Positions 37,631 through 51,147 of a stretch of 64,000 bases of DNA are shown piece by piece. The stretch lies in the NCBI GenBank assembly GCA_002104945.1, contig MCFH01000030.1:567783-631782 (forward strand), read 5' to 3'. The stretch is from Piromyces finnis finn (taxonomy: Eukaryota; Fungi; Neocallimastigomycota). The position numbers were made by a program, and so were the translations under genes. The number at the start of each line of letters is the position of its first letter. The first letter of the stretch is position 1. The notes beneath the pieces are model-generated. The model was not told the origin of the DNA. It made no database searches and saw only the letters and a program-made list of their open reading frames with translations.

Positions 37631-40403
37631 GAACCCTAGAGTACTATGTATTAAATCAAGATGCTATTAACTCATTAGCCACTTTAACAAATATTGATGA
37701 ATTGTAAAATTGCTAAATTTTATTAATAATTTAAAATATTTTCTTTGAAAAATATTAATATTTTTTTATTCAAATAGAATTATTAAAGAATGTGGCTACG
37801 ATCCAGAAGTCATTATTGATCCATTAAAGAAGCTTACTAATCTTCAAATTTTGTAATTTATATTATTTATTATCCACAATTAATGATATAATTTATATAA
37901 TAATAAAATACTTTTTTTTTTTTTTGTTAATTATTATTCTTTTATTATAAATAGAGAACTTCAAGGAACCTATCCTCATTGTACTGATAGTGTTGATTTA
38001 TTTAGTAATTATTACTGCCCATTGACTGAAATTTCAGAATCTATTTTCGAATTAACTAAATTAAAGAAATTGTAAAATATATAAATTTGGTTTTTTATAT
38101 TATATATCATATATATATAGATTATTAATTTAATACAATTTTTCTTTAATATTCATATTTTTTTATATGATATTAAAAGAACTATTTCTGGACAAAGATC
38201 TACTATATATCCATCCATTAAAAGTATAAGTAAATTAGTTAATTTAGAATCCTTGTAAGTAATAAATATAATTTTGTTATTATTTTTATAATAAAGAATA
38301 GTCATCAAACTTCAATTAAAAATTTTTAATTGAAGTCTTAATATTAAATTTCCTATAATAATGGATGATTTATCAATGTATATTTTTAAATAATAATCTA
38401 TAGAACTTTAAATGATTTTAATATAAAAGAATTTCCTGATATTTCTAAATTATCAAATCTTGTTTATATGTAAGTTACAAAAAATATAGTAGTAAAGAAT
38501 TTTTTAATTTTATTATTTATATTACAATATTACAATATAATTAATTATTTTAATATTAATACTAATTATATTCTTTCTAACTTTTTTTATGTTATACCTT
38601 TATATATATGTATTTTTTTTAGTGATTTAACGGCGAATAGTATTTCTACTATTCCTGAAAATATTGGAAATCTTAGTAATCTTGAGATTTTGTAAATATC
38701 AATTTATTTTCATATTTTATTTATTACAAAATAAAAATTCATATCTTGCTAACTCTAATTATTATTATTATCATTATTTATTATGATAATTTATTTCTTT
38801 AATATTAACCTATTTAGAATGTTAAGTAAAAATAAAATCAATAACTTACCTGAATCTATTGGTGATCTTGTAAATTTAAAAGAATTGTAAGTATCATTAA
38901 ATTAACACTCTTTATTGAAACTTTATTAAAATATTTAAATTTTTATTAATATTTATTACTGTTGTTATAAAAGATTATTAGATAATAATGAAATTACAAA
39001 TTTGCCAGAATCCATTGGTAATCTTACTAATCTTGAAATTTTGTAAGCAATAAAAACAATCAATTATATTTATTTAAAATTATTTTTTATCCATATTCAT
39101 ATGATTATTAAACTATTAATGCTTATTATTTACAATATAGAAATTTAAATAAAAATAAAATAACTTCTATTCCATCAACTTTTGGAAATATGAAAAGTCT
39201 TATGAAATTGTAAATATTTTTAAAATAAAAATTAAAGCAAAAAAAAAAAAAAAAAAAAAAAATAAATTTATATTATAATAAAAAATATTCATATTAATAT
39301 ATGTATATATATTATAAAGTTTAATTAGTTACAATGAACTTACCGAAATTTCAGAATGTATAAGTGAAAACATTAATTTAAAAGAACTGTAAAAGAAATT
39401 CTTATCAATAATTATTATTAAAATATAATATTAATAATAAATCATTAATATTTAATTTTTTTAACATTATATTTTCATATAATAGTGACCTGAGTTATAA
39501 TAAAATTGATTCTGAATTACCTAAATCTTTAAATAACTTAACAAATCTTCTTAGAATGTAATGAATATAAATTTTTATTTTTAATTTAGTAATTAATATA
39601 ATTATCAATATTCTAATTATTATATATTTTTATTAATAAAAAAAAAAAAAAGATATCTTGAGGGTAATATTAATGTTAAAGGTGAAACTTTAACTAATGA
39701 AAGTCTTATCTCCTGTAAATATTTAGTATATGGACAAAAAATATTGTATTCTATTTGTAAAGCTAAAGAACACACATGTTTCAGTTATACTGATAAAGAT
39801 ATTCCTCTTTGTCCTCCATCTTCTACCACTACTACTACTACTACTACAACTACTACTACCACCACCACCACTACTACTACTACAACTACAACTACTACTA
39901 AACCTTCTACAACTAAAACTAAAACCACTACTACTACTACCACCACAACTACTAAACCTTCTACAACTAAAACTAAAACCACCACTACTACTACTACCAC
40001 AACTACTAAACCTTCTACAACTAAAACTAAAACCACTACCAAAACTAAAACTACTAAACCTTCCAAAACCACAATTAAAACTACTACCAAAACTACTACT
40101 GTCAAACCTACAGCCACTCCAAAATATAAATGTATGTCTGAACTTAAAGGTTATCCTTGTTGTTCCAAGGAAATAAGCATTGTTCTTAAACATGATCAAT
40201 ACGGTGACTGGGGTTATGATTTTAAAAAAGGAAAATGGTGTGGTCTCACGCCATACAAATCTACTCAAGAAGAAAAATGTTGGTCTGAAGCATTAGGTTA
40301 TAAATGTTGTAAGAAATGTAATGCTCTCTATAGAGATTCTAACGGTTTATGGGGTATTGAAAATTTTAAGAGATGTGGTATTCCTTCTTCCTGTTCAAAA
40401 TAA
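36205..40403 (+). CDS. Secreted leucine-rich-repeat protein with Thr/Lys linker and two fungal dockerin (CBM10-like) domains; 19 exons
   Basis: Signal-like start MKVIAFVISILFFSQVMA. 17 internal exons of 66-117 nt, all multiples of 3 (e.g. 36529-36600, 37037-37108, 38818-38886 = MLSKNKINNLPESIGDLVNLKEL); 18 phase-2 GT-AG introns. Last exon 39653-40403 has a Thr-rich linker plus C..ELKGYPCC..D.YGDWG..WCGL and CWSEALGYKCC..D.NGLWGIEN..CGI. Confidence 0.9.
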
Positions 40404-41310
40404 GTTATGATAGACAAATTAGCGAAATATAATAATATATAAAAGAAAAAAAATATTACATACATTAAATATGATATTTACACAATGTTATGCTTATATT
40501 GTATAATATTTAAAATAATAACTTATTATTCTTATCATTTATTAGTATTTAAATTATTAAATTTCAAGTATAATAGTTATTTAAATTTAATATATATAAT
40601 TATCAAAATATAACAAAAATTAAAAAGAAATATTAAATATTATATTTTTATAAATATAATATTTATAATATTATATTTGAATTATACTACGTTTATATAT
40701 GTAATACACGTAAAAATAAAAATATAAAAAATAAAACTTTATAAAAACTAAAATGGCTGCTTAGTTAGTCTTTAAAGGAAAAATATTAAGGACTAAGCTC
40801 ATGATTAAAAACATTTATCCATCGAATTTAAGTATTTGATGGATAAGTTGAATGTTTGGTATTCAGATAAGTTTGTATAGTATTTAATTAGAAGAGTAAT
40901 ACACTATTGTTGCTGTATTTTTTCCTTTATTCATGCAATACTACTCTTCTCTTGTAAGAATCCAATGTAGATAACTTTAGTATTTGCATCGTATATTTAT
41001 ATTCATGTAACTATTGTTGAATTGTTTCCTGTAAGAGATTGATTCACTCTACATCATGTAAAAATACTTAAAAATACTATTCACAATCTTTCTGGTGTTG
41101 GCATTCAATTCTGCTTTAAAATCTTATCAATTTAAATATTTAATGAAAAGTAAAGTTAGCGAATCGAATTTACTAACAACAAACCAAAACCAGAATTTAC
41201 AAAGAAAATTTACAACTTGAATTTCAAAAGAAACTTTAATCAAAGCATTGAAACAATTTTTTGTATTATCCAGTACTTTTTTAAGAAGAGAGAGACAGTT
41301 TTTTTTTTCC

Positions 41311-44300
41311 TATAAACATTATATTTAAATTTTTTATTAGTATTTATTTTATATTCAATTTATTTTTAATTAAAATTAATTATCATGTCAGACCTTTATA
41401 TTAAAGATAAGAACTATATCAGACGTGGTGCTCGCTTTTATGGTATCCATTTAGATAATATTAGCTCCTTCTTTATCCGTGGTATTCGATCATGGTCAGT
41501 TAGTATGCTATGGGAAAAACTCGAGGTTATTCTGAAGGATAAATTTAATTCAGTGATAAGTGTTAAATATTTTAAGAATTTCAATATTCACTTTTCTCTT
41601 AGTCAAGGTTCATGGCTGGAATAAAATCCTACACATCTTAAGGAAGAAACTTCCCATTGTTTCAATTTCCTTTTCAGCTCGTAGTAGAATGAATCACAAA
41701 TACACTTTTTCCTCACTCAAACATAAATTTTTAGTTTCTAATAAACATCAGCAATCAATTCAACAGTCAATTCATCAATCTCATCAACAATCATATCATC
41801 AATCTAATCAAATTCAATTTCAACAAAATCTTCAACAGGATTTTCAGCATGAAAATATTCCAGATCTAAAACAAACACAATTTCAACCTCAACATTCAAC
41901 AATTATTTCTGATAGTTCTATCAACTCCGATAACAGTTCAATGGTTGATAGTTCTTCAGTTACAAAGCCATCTAATAATAGTTCAACTAATTCCTCTGTC
42001 ACATCATCCATTAATAATGATGACTATATTAATAATAATAATAGCAACGACTCTTCCTCATCCAACAAGCCTGATAACTTTTCTTTTTGTATTAGTTGGA
42101 ATACCAATGGGTGGAATCATGAGAAAAGAGATAATATCAGTTATTTCATAGCTATTTTCAAACCATTATTTTTATGTTTTCAAGAAACTAGTAATAGTTC
42201 TGGATCGAATACAGAATATCCTTTTCGTGTTACATTACGAAACTACGGACACTTTTTCAAGAAAGCTAATGAATCAGTTCCAGGAATGAGAGGTTTATAT
42301 TTAGGTATTCACAATTCATGTCAAGCCTCACATGAAAACTTCTCAAGAAAGTATATTATTTCTATTTATACTATTTATACTTTTAGTTATTGGAATAGAT
42401 TCAAATACTCAATTAGAAATGTTTATATGCCTCATAGGCATCACACCATCTATGTTGACTATGCAAAGTTAGAAGTTCGCTTGTAGTTACAAACTCATTC
42501 ATCCCATCCATCGATTCTTGTTGGTGATTTTAATATATCTAAAGTAAAATTATCCAACTGGTTATCATCTAATGGATTAGGAGATTGGGAAGTACTTCCA
42601 CTTAAAGGTTCACCTATCTCCTGGACTCAAAGTGATCAATCACCCGACATTGATTATGCTCTTATCAATTTGAAGATGAAAGATCTTATTCACTCAGGAT
42701 CATTTATAAATGGCTTTTATCCTGTATCAGATCATAAGCCACACCTTATTAATGGTAAAATTATTCCTATGGAAGACTTTTCTAATGACATTAATGTTCC
42801 TATGAAAATTCTGAAATAGAATAGATTAAAATGTTTTGAGGAAAAGGAATCTATTCTCAATCATAATAAATTCCAAATACTTTTAGCAAAACTTAACGAT
42901 CTTAATGTTTTTACAGATGAAATTTCCAATGAGTTTACTTTATCTGCGTTTTCAATTGCAGATGAGCTCAGTATTACTTCTTTAAATAATGTTATAAAAT
43001 CTTCATTCATATTTCACAACAAACTTTTAATCTCCAAAAAATCAAAATGAAGTTGTATAAGAGATTTAAAAAAGAAAGAATTTATGATATAGATGAATTT
43101 ATTAAAAGAATTAAAATCTACCATAAGCTCACCAGTTACATACATAAAAGATGTAATAAATTTAGGAAACAAGAATATTTTCATTGAATTAAAACAGAAT
43201 GTGAGTATATGAAAAGACATAATCCTAAGAAGACCTGGAAATGGATCAAGAAAACTGCAAAATTGGAAAAGATACTTTCTTTACTGCTCAACCAACTAAA
43301 AATAAAAGTGGAGATTTAGTTGTTGCTACGAAAGAACAACTAGAGGTTTAGCATGCCCATTTCGAAAATCTTGTATATGATCCAAGTGGTGTAAGTCTTG
43401 ATTTGGAGCATTGGTATGAAGAACCAATAAATAAGCGTTTTTCACTTCCTATGCTTGATGAATGGGATATTAACCAAAATATTAGTATTGATGAAGTCAA
43501 ATCAGCCATACTCTCTACTCTAAATTATAAAGCATCAGGTCCGGATAGTATTCTTATTGAATTTTAAAAAACATTAATTTTTTCAAGTAATGATTTTAAT
43601 AATGCTACAAATAATAATTCTTCTGGTAATGCCACTTCAAATAATGATGCTCATGGTTTAAATTTTATTCATAAATTATTCAACCATATTTGGGATGGAG
43701 ACTTCACTAGCTCTTGGAATGAATCCATATATTGTTTCTATTCCTAGGAAGGGACATTTGACAGACTGTAATAACTACCGAGGTATATCACTTATCAATA
43801 ATGGTATTAAGTTGATATCAAAGATTGTCACCACTGGAATTTCAGAATATGGTCTTAAGAATAATTTCATTAGACCCGAACAATTTGGTTTTCGAAAAAA
43901 GGAAGAAAGTATCAGTTTTTTCATTTCAATCCAAGAAATATGACGTAGATGTCAATTAGATAATAAAGAGACATATTTAGCCTTTTTAGATCTCAGGAAA
44001 GCATACGATTCAGTTCCAATCGGTGGTATTCTCCATAAATTAGATTGTTTAAGAATTAGAGGTAAGAGTTTACAGTTTATCAAAAATTTATATTTAACAT
44101 CTAAGGCTAATGTAGATGGACAATTCTCGAAATCTTTTGACATGAAGAAAGAAGTCCGTCAGGGTTTCCCACTTTCTCCTATTCTCTTTAATCTCTTTAT
44201 TAATGATATATTTAGAGAGTGCGAAGATCTCGGAGTCAGTTTAGGTGACACTCGATGCTGTAGTGGACTTTTTGCAGATGATATAGTTATTTGTGCTCCA

Positions 44301-45410
44301 TTAAGAGGATGCTTAAAAAAGATGCTAAAAAGAGTTAATGAATGGGCATTGTATAATGAAATGGAATTTGGTATCCAGAAATGTTCAATAATGATGATTC
44401 GTCCTGAACCAGTAGAAAATCAGAGCAAGAAAGATCCAACGTTTTATTTATTATGAAAACCCATTCCAACTACTGATTGCTACATCTATATTTGTGTTTC
44501 ATTTGATAAGAATTTTTCCCTTAAATCAGTTATGAAAGCTCTTAATAACAAGGCTTTGAAAGGACTTTTCTCGTTCAGTAAATTCTTACGGAATCATTTC
44601 AAAAGATTTGAATATTCCTCCAATGTTGGCCAAATGCGCATTAGCTAATGTTACATGTTTTAACAAGTGAAAAAAATCAAAATACGTTATCTCACACCTT
44701 GTCAATTACATTCCTAAATTTAGAAAATATACATGGTGCAAATCAAGTAAGACACTTGATAAAAAATTAAAGAAGCATGGAGATGTTAAAGCAGTTAAAA
44801 ACTTTTATTGGAAAGATCTCAAAGGAAATTCAATGAAAGCGAAATACTACGATGATAATAAATTTATTGAAACTAAAGATTTTATTAGATTATGTTATAT
44901 TATGTTATAAGTATCCAGAGTTTGCCTATGGTTTCTACTGGCTATTGAAACAAGAAGCGGATACAAGTTGGATGCTAGAATTTCAAAAGCTGCTAAATTT
45001 GTTGATCCAATTTGTCCTAACTATTGGTCAGCAATGGTTAGGACAAATTGGATCAGCAATGGTCAATGTTCAAAAGGTTTGAAGCAGCATCCAAGAACAT
45101 CAATGCTGAAGAAACAGTAAGACAGGTTAAGAGGGCCAGCGCAACCAATAGAGATCATAATTTTGTTCCATGACAAAATTTTGATCTTTAACTCGGTGTC
45201 CCATTGGAAGTCAAATACTTTAGTATAATAGTGGCTTTCTTACTTTAATTAAAATGATCAGAATACATTATACCTAATTTTTATTCATTTGTGTTGATTT
45301 TAAACCTATTTTTTAATTTTTATTTTTATTTTTTTATAAAATGTATTATAATTTTAATTAAATTAATAATAAAATTTAAAAAATATTTGATGTCATTAAA
45401 AAAAAAAAAA
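41311..45410 (+). mobile_element. LINE copy C, near full length, degenerate (N-terminal extension, APE endonuclease, RT)
   Basis: APE motifs SWNTNG, LCFQET, LVGDFN (~42517), IDY, SDH (~42728). RT motifs SGPD, NYRGISL, QFGFR, AFLDLRKAYDSV, QG.PLSP, LFADDI. A13 tail 45398-45410. Probable TSD AG(T)nCC at 41297-41310 and 45410-45421. Many stops and frameshifts; deletions of ~185 and 536 bp relative to copy A. Confidence 0.93.
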
Positions 45411-45411
45411 G

Positions 45412-45477
45412 TTTTTTTTCCCCATATTCTTATGTTGTAGGACTTGTGAAATTTCTTACCAATGACATACCAATTGT
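45412..45477 (+). pseudogene. Possible decayed Gag zinc knuckle in the sequence interrupted by LINE C
   Basis: Removing LINE C joins ...SKETLIKALKQFF..RRERQ to FFFPIFLCCRTCEISYQ*HTNC, which has C-X2-C-X4-[Q for H]-X4-C spacing. Confidence 0.3.
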
Positions 45478-47180
45478 GATTTTTGGCTTTTACACAATGA
45501 TCGATAGATATAAGTACTCTAGGAATACCAACTGTTACTGGGAGTATCGATGTTGAAAAGAAAAAGGCAAAAAAGAAATTCAGATACAGAATCAAATGAT
45601 AAATAATAATAATATTCACAAGGAATCAGCATCAAAGAACGGGAAGAGTTAGAAGTTCTTTTCGTCCTTTTTTTTACTATGTGGTTTTCTTTTATTCATT
45701 TAAGTTTCATTTTAATTTTTATATATTTTATTATTTAATTTTATCTTTTTTTTTATATTTTTATATATATAATATAATTTAATTAAATTATAGCTATTAA
45801 TAAATAAAAATTACATAGCTTTAATATTAATAGTCAAAAAAATAAAATAAAATAAAATAAAATTATATAAATATATTATCAACAGATATTAGTTTAACAT
45901 TATCTAATATATACTAAATAACTATTTTTGAATATTTTTAATTCATTTATAAAACTAAAGATTTTAAATTTATTATATTGTATCCCCTTCCATTTGTAGT
46001 TTCAAAAAATTTCAAGGGATATGTTTATTATTATCCATAATAATATGGTAAATATTAATTTCATTCAAAATATTATTTGCTTTTTATCATAAAGATCTAT
46101 ATAAATTCAATGTATCTTTATCGTCAGTAATTTTTTAACACTCTATTTAATTCATAGGAATTCATAAATATAATATATTAGTTGTTTATTACACATTACA
46201 CATTGATATTATAATATTTTAATTTTATCATTCTTTGTGAATCAATTCTTTTTTCTATGTTATAATTTAGTTAATATTTAAAAAAAATAAAAATGAATCT
46301 CAGTTTATTTATTTTAAAAAATTTTTATGACTTCTACAACAAAAACTAATTGTAATCCTAGAATAATAATATTAATAAAAGAAATAATGGTTTCCTCTAT
46401 TTCTATATGTAATTTGATAGATTCTGAAAATCTATCAACAGGAAAAAAATTTTCCCTTATTTTAATGTTTTATTTCACTACATTTTTTACTATCTTCTTT
46501 TATAGGCAGGCATTTTAATACTAATTTCTACTAATAAAAATAATGATAATAATATTAATGGCAACAATAGAATTTTACTACATTTTAATTCATTAATATG
46601 AACTTAATATTATTAATTATTATAATAAAAAAAAGTTCATAATTTAATAATAATAAAAAAAATGTAATATCAAAATAAATAATAAGTTTAAATAATAGGT
46701 AATAATTATTGAAATTTATTATCATATTTTATAAAAGTTTTTTCAATATTAAAAAAATAATTTTAATTAATATGATCTTTGAATTGAAAAAATAGTTTTT
46801 TTTTATTTAAATCTTAAAAATGGTTGATCCATTTAAAAATGTAAAATCTTAAAAAAAACCTAATATATAATATCTAATATATTATAATATTAATTAAATA
46901 ACTTATAATAATATTAATATAAAAATAAAAAATAAAATTAAAGAAATAAGAAAAAAGAAAGTAAAACCTAATTTATTAAGGATATTTTAATTAACGAATC
47001 ATATTAAATCAATGAATATTAATTATTAAAAAGTTTAAAATGTTATTTATTGTAAATATAATTATATTGTTATCACTTTTATTTTTAAATTTATTGCCTT
47101 GTTTTTACAATTTAACAAAATAAATTATTATTTTTAAAAAACACATAATCATAATAAAAATCATTTAAATTATAAAAAAA

Positions 47181-47699
47181 ATGTCATCTTTTGAAATTGA
47201 TAGTACTGAAACTTCAACAATGATCTTGTCAAATAATTCTTACACTTCAGATGTAGAGTTATTTGAGGATATAGAAGTATCAAATGAAATGATTCAACCA
47301 AACCATTTAATTGAGGAAAAGGATTTTGATGAGGTCATTTCTGCAATTGAATACAATGTTCCAATTGCATATTTAGATTTATTAATTGAAAAAAAGAATT
47401 ATCCACTTAACAAGTTCATCATTTTCAAAAATGGTGAAATAAAGTCCCCATTATACGCTGCAATTTCTAACAATCATTTTAAAATTGCAGATTTCATTAT
47501 CAGCAAAGGGGGTGATATTAATTTTACTCAAAACAATATTAATATAGTCAAATTATTAATTGAAAAAAACTTACTCACCACTAAAATTCTTTTATATCTT
47601 TTAAACAAAAATTGGAATATAATGGAGATTAAAGATTATATTTACGATTATAGTTTTAACTTCAATTTAGCATCCAAATATATCAAGTATAATTGTTAA
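47181..47699 (+). pseudogene. Ankyrin-repeat gene, probably 3'-truncated by the copia relic
   Basis: SPLYAAISNNHFKIADFIISKGGDIN ankyrin unit; its last codons and stop overlap the antisense end of the copia pol frame (~47690). Confidence 0.65.
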
Positions 47700-47862
47700 G
47701 ATTATTTTCATCTTGAAAAATTTCTTCTGTGTAACCATCATCACTATTTTCATGATTATTATTTTGCTGAAAAATTTCTTCTGTGTAACTATCCTCACTG
47801 ATATTATTATAATTATTGTCAAAATTATTCTTGATTTTAATTATGGTAGGATAGTGGTTGGT

Positions 47863-48423
47863 TTTTTTTTTTTTTTTTTTTTTTTTTTAACTTCCGAGTG
47901 CATTTCTCCCATCGATCAGAGTTAGCTCCAATGGTGGTTCTTAGAGAAACGTTGGCTCATTCCTATTGCTAGGTGGTTGTGACCCTCCTGGTCTGTCATA
48001 CTGTTTCTTCAGCTTCAACGCTCACTTAATCCATGTACATTAGATGCATGTCGTTGTACGATATTTCACAACTACAATGCTAAGCCTCTTATAGTCAATT
48101 TGATCACGTGTCAACCGCCCCCTAATGTTTACACTTAAATTGATTAAGGAATATTATGTGTTTTTGGCATAGCCTAAGTCACCACTTATTAAGTTCTAAT
48201 TTGGAATGTACCATGTACACTAGACCCTCTCAGGCCGGCTAGACGAGTGTTATTATCATAGTAGTAAATTAGAAAGTTCATTTATACTTACCTGAATATC
48301 ATAACCCAACCCATGGCAAACCCAGTGGGAAAATCCACAGGCACTGACATCTGCGGGGTCGAACCAGAAGCCTTATGTATGCTAAGGAAACGCCTTAACA
48401 ACCAGGATAAAAACTGGAACGAC
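47863..48423 (-). mobile_element. tRNA-derived SINE, copy A (535-nt body + poly(A))
   Basis: Body 48423-47889, poly(T) on + strand to 47888; 13-bp TSD GATAGTGGTTGGT at 47850-47862 and 48424-48436; removal restores the copia frame (DTNHY-PTIIK). One difference from copy B seen. Confidence 0.9.
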
Positions 48424-49191
48424 GATAGTGGTTGGTATCGATCTCCTCATAGTTAGATTCCTGATCATGTTTATATACCATTGTACCATTAGAAATTTTT
48501 GTTTTTGAAATATTAGAGTAACCAGGATTGTTGCCGGATACAATTTTGAGATTGCCTGGTTTTTCTTCTATGAAAATTGCTTCTCTTACTAAATGTATAT
48601 TATGATCGTAGAAATCCATAATTATAAAACAGTGAGTATTATTATTAAATCCTAAGTAAATTCCTTTTCTGGAGTTGATATCAAATTTTCTTTTGTTTTG
48701 GTTGAAATTCTTATAGTATGCAATGCAACCAAAAGTTTTTAAATAGTTTAGATTTATCTTTTTATTGAAGTATATTTCATTAGGAATTTTATTGGAAATA
48801 CAACTGTGTGGTATTATATTATAAATATATACAGCATGTTTTACTGCATATTCCCAAAAGTTTAAACTAAGTTTTGCCCAAAACAAAATTGTTTTAACGC
48901 ACGATGTAATAGTTCTGTTGAAACGTTCAGCTATCCCATTGTTTTGAGGATTGTAAGGTGGGGAAAATTCTTTCTTAATACCATTTCGTTTACAAAAATT
49001 TAATAATTTTTTATTATTGTATTCTTTTCCATTATCAGACTTAAAGATTTTAATTTTTTCATTTTGGTAGTTATTGTTGATTAATTTAATAAAATTGATA
49101 GTCGTACTAGTAACATCTGATTTGTTTTTTAGATTAAATACCCAACCTTTTCTAGTAGCTTCGTCAATAAAAGTTAGAATATATTTATATT

Positions 49192-49566
49192 TGTAACGAA
49201 ATATTATAATAATAAACACACACACTCTAATGTATCAAATATATATGTATTTTTTTTAATAATGTTTATTTATTAAATTTATTATTATAATACGACTAAC
49301 TCGCTAGGTCAGTGTATTATCAAACTAAAGACGAAACAAAAAAAAAAACTAATTTTTATTAATTATTAATAAAAACACTAAAGAACTATTTTATCTTTCT
49401 TATTCTCTCTTTTATACATGAAAATTATTTTTTTTTTTTTAATACAATTTGATAAGTGAATTAATTACTTAATGATTGGTTATAAAAATATAATTATGAA
49501 ATTTTCATTAATCTAACCTTAATGATTTTCTAGTCTAACCCTTATCATTAGATATACCTCATTACA
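49192..49566. mobile_element. Solo LTR, 375 bp
   Basis: TGTAA...TTACA termini; 5-bp TSD ATATT at 49187-49191 and 49567-49571; removal restores integrase PSINQY-KYILTFID. Confidence 0.85.
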
Positions 49567-49751
49567 ATATTGATTTATTGATGGTGGTAAAGGTCCCATA
49601 ACATCGGAATGAATAACTTCGTTTCTTCTAGTCGCTTTGGGTGGGATTCCATTGTGTGGTTTTCTATTTAATTTTGATATTTTACAATGTAGGCATTCAT
49701 TATTTTCAATTTTGTGTGACTTTAAAAAATTTTCTAGATTTTTGTTATAGT

Positions 49752-51140
49752 AATGTCCTAATCTATTGTGCCATATATTATTTGATAAATTTTCATTGAT
49801 ACAATATATTGTTACGGTTCGAGGAATTTACTTTTATTTATAAAATATTAATAAATTTATTAATACTCAAAAATAATATTAAAATGAAATAAGAAAAATT
49901 GTTTTATTAATAAAATTGTTTTATTAAGATATTAATATAAAATTATAAAATAAAATAAAAATAAAAATAAAAATATCTGTATATTCTCTAATTCTTATAA
50001 TATACACCTTTTTATACTTTTTGTAAAAAATTAAGTAGTGTTAATTAAAAGAATTAGTCTTTAATTATTTACATTAATTTTAGTATTTAAATTACTTTTA
50101 AATGAATAATAAAATTACATTACTATTATAATAAATATTTATACATATTATTAAATTGATTAACATACATTAAAAGTTTACTTTAAATATATTTAACTAA
50201 AGAATTTTACTATTTTACAGAAATATTATTCATAATTTTAATTAATAAAAATTCATTAACTTGATAAATTAAACTAAAAGTTCAATAAACTATAATTTTC
50301 AATATATTATTATTACTAAATTAATTTTTAAGTTTAATAAAATAAAATTTAAGTTCAATAAAAATAATTATTAATAATTTTAAATATAATTTAAGTGTAT
50401 ACATTAATTTACAAATAAGAATATTGTAAAGTTTTCATACATTTAGGAACAATAATGGATTAGGTCATAATCATTAATTATGACAAGAATAACATTATTT
50501 GTTGGTTCCTTAACAATATTGATAAATAATAATTATAAATATATTATACATTTGATATTAGTAGAAAATTTTATTATAAAATAATTATTAAATAATTTTA
50601 TATAGTTTATTATAAAAATATAATTTACATAAAATCAAATATTTTATAAATTTATATATTTGATTGGGTTAAATTATAAAAATAATTTTTAATATAAAGA
50701 ATAATAATAATTTTTAGTAGAAAATAAGAAGACTTAGATTATTAATAATAAGTTAAATTTTAATAATAGTTAATATAATTAATTAGTGAATACATAATAA
50801 TATTTAAAAAGACAAAAATAAGTTTTTATATAATAAAAATTATTGTTAAAAAGAGCGTAAGAACAATAAATAAAAGAAAATATAAAAACGAAATTAAACT
50901 TGTCTAATTTGTAATTATTGTGTTAATAATAAATAATATTTTATAGAATAAATCTGGTGTTATTATTCTATATAAATATTATTAAATAATAAAACTATTA
51001 AAACTATAAAATAGCTTAAAATAAATTAATAAAACTAGTAGATATTGTTAAAGCTCGTACAATAGCTGTCGAGATAAAACAATATAAGATAACAGAAGAA
51101 GTAGTTAAAAAGTTGTAATATAACTACCAATCCGTTATCA
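49752..51140. mobile_element. ~1.39-kb TG...CA insertion, probable solo LTR
   Basis: Starts TGTTACGG, ends CCGTTATCA (imperfect inverted termini); ATAT on both sides (49748-49751, 51141-51144); no ORF; sits inside the left TSD of SINE B. Confidence 0.6.
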
Positions 51141-51147
51141 ATATCTT

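Noticed and set aside
40800-41150. Moderately GC-elevated, coding-like stretch on the minus strand
   Set aside because: Multiple stops and no recognisable motif; unassigned.
51030-51120. KARTIAVEIKQYKITEEV as a copia RNase H remnant
   Set aside because: Weak similarity, and it lies inside the TG...CA insertion delimited by its own termini and TSD.
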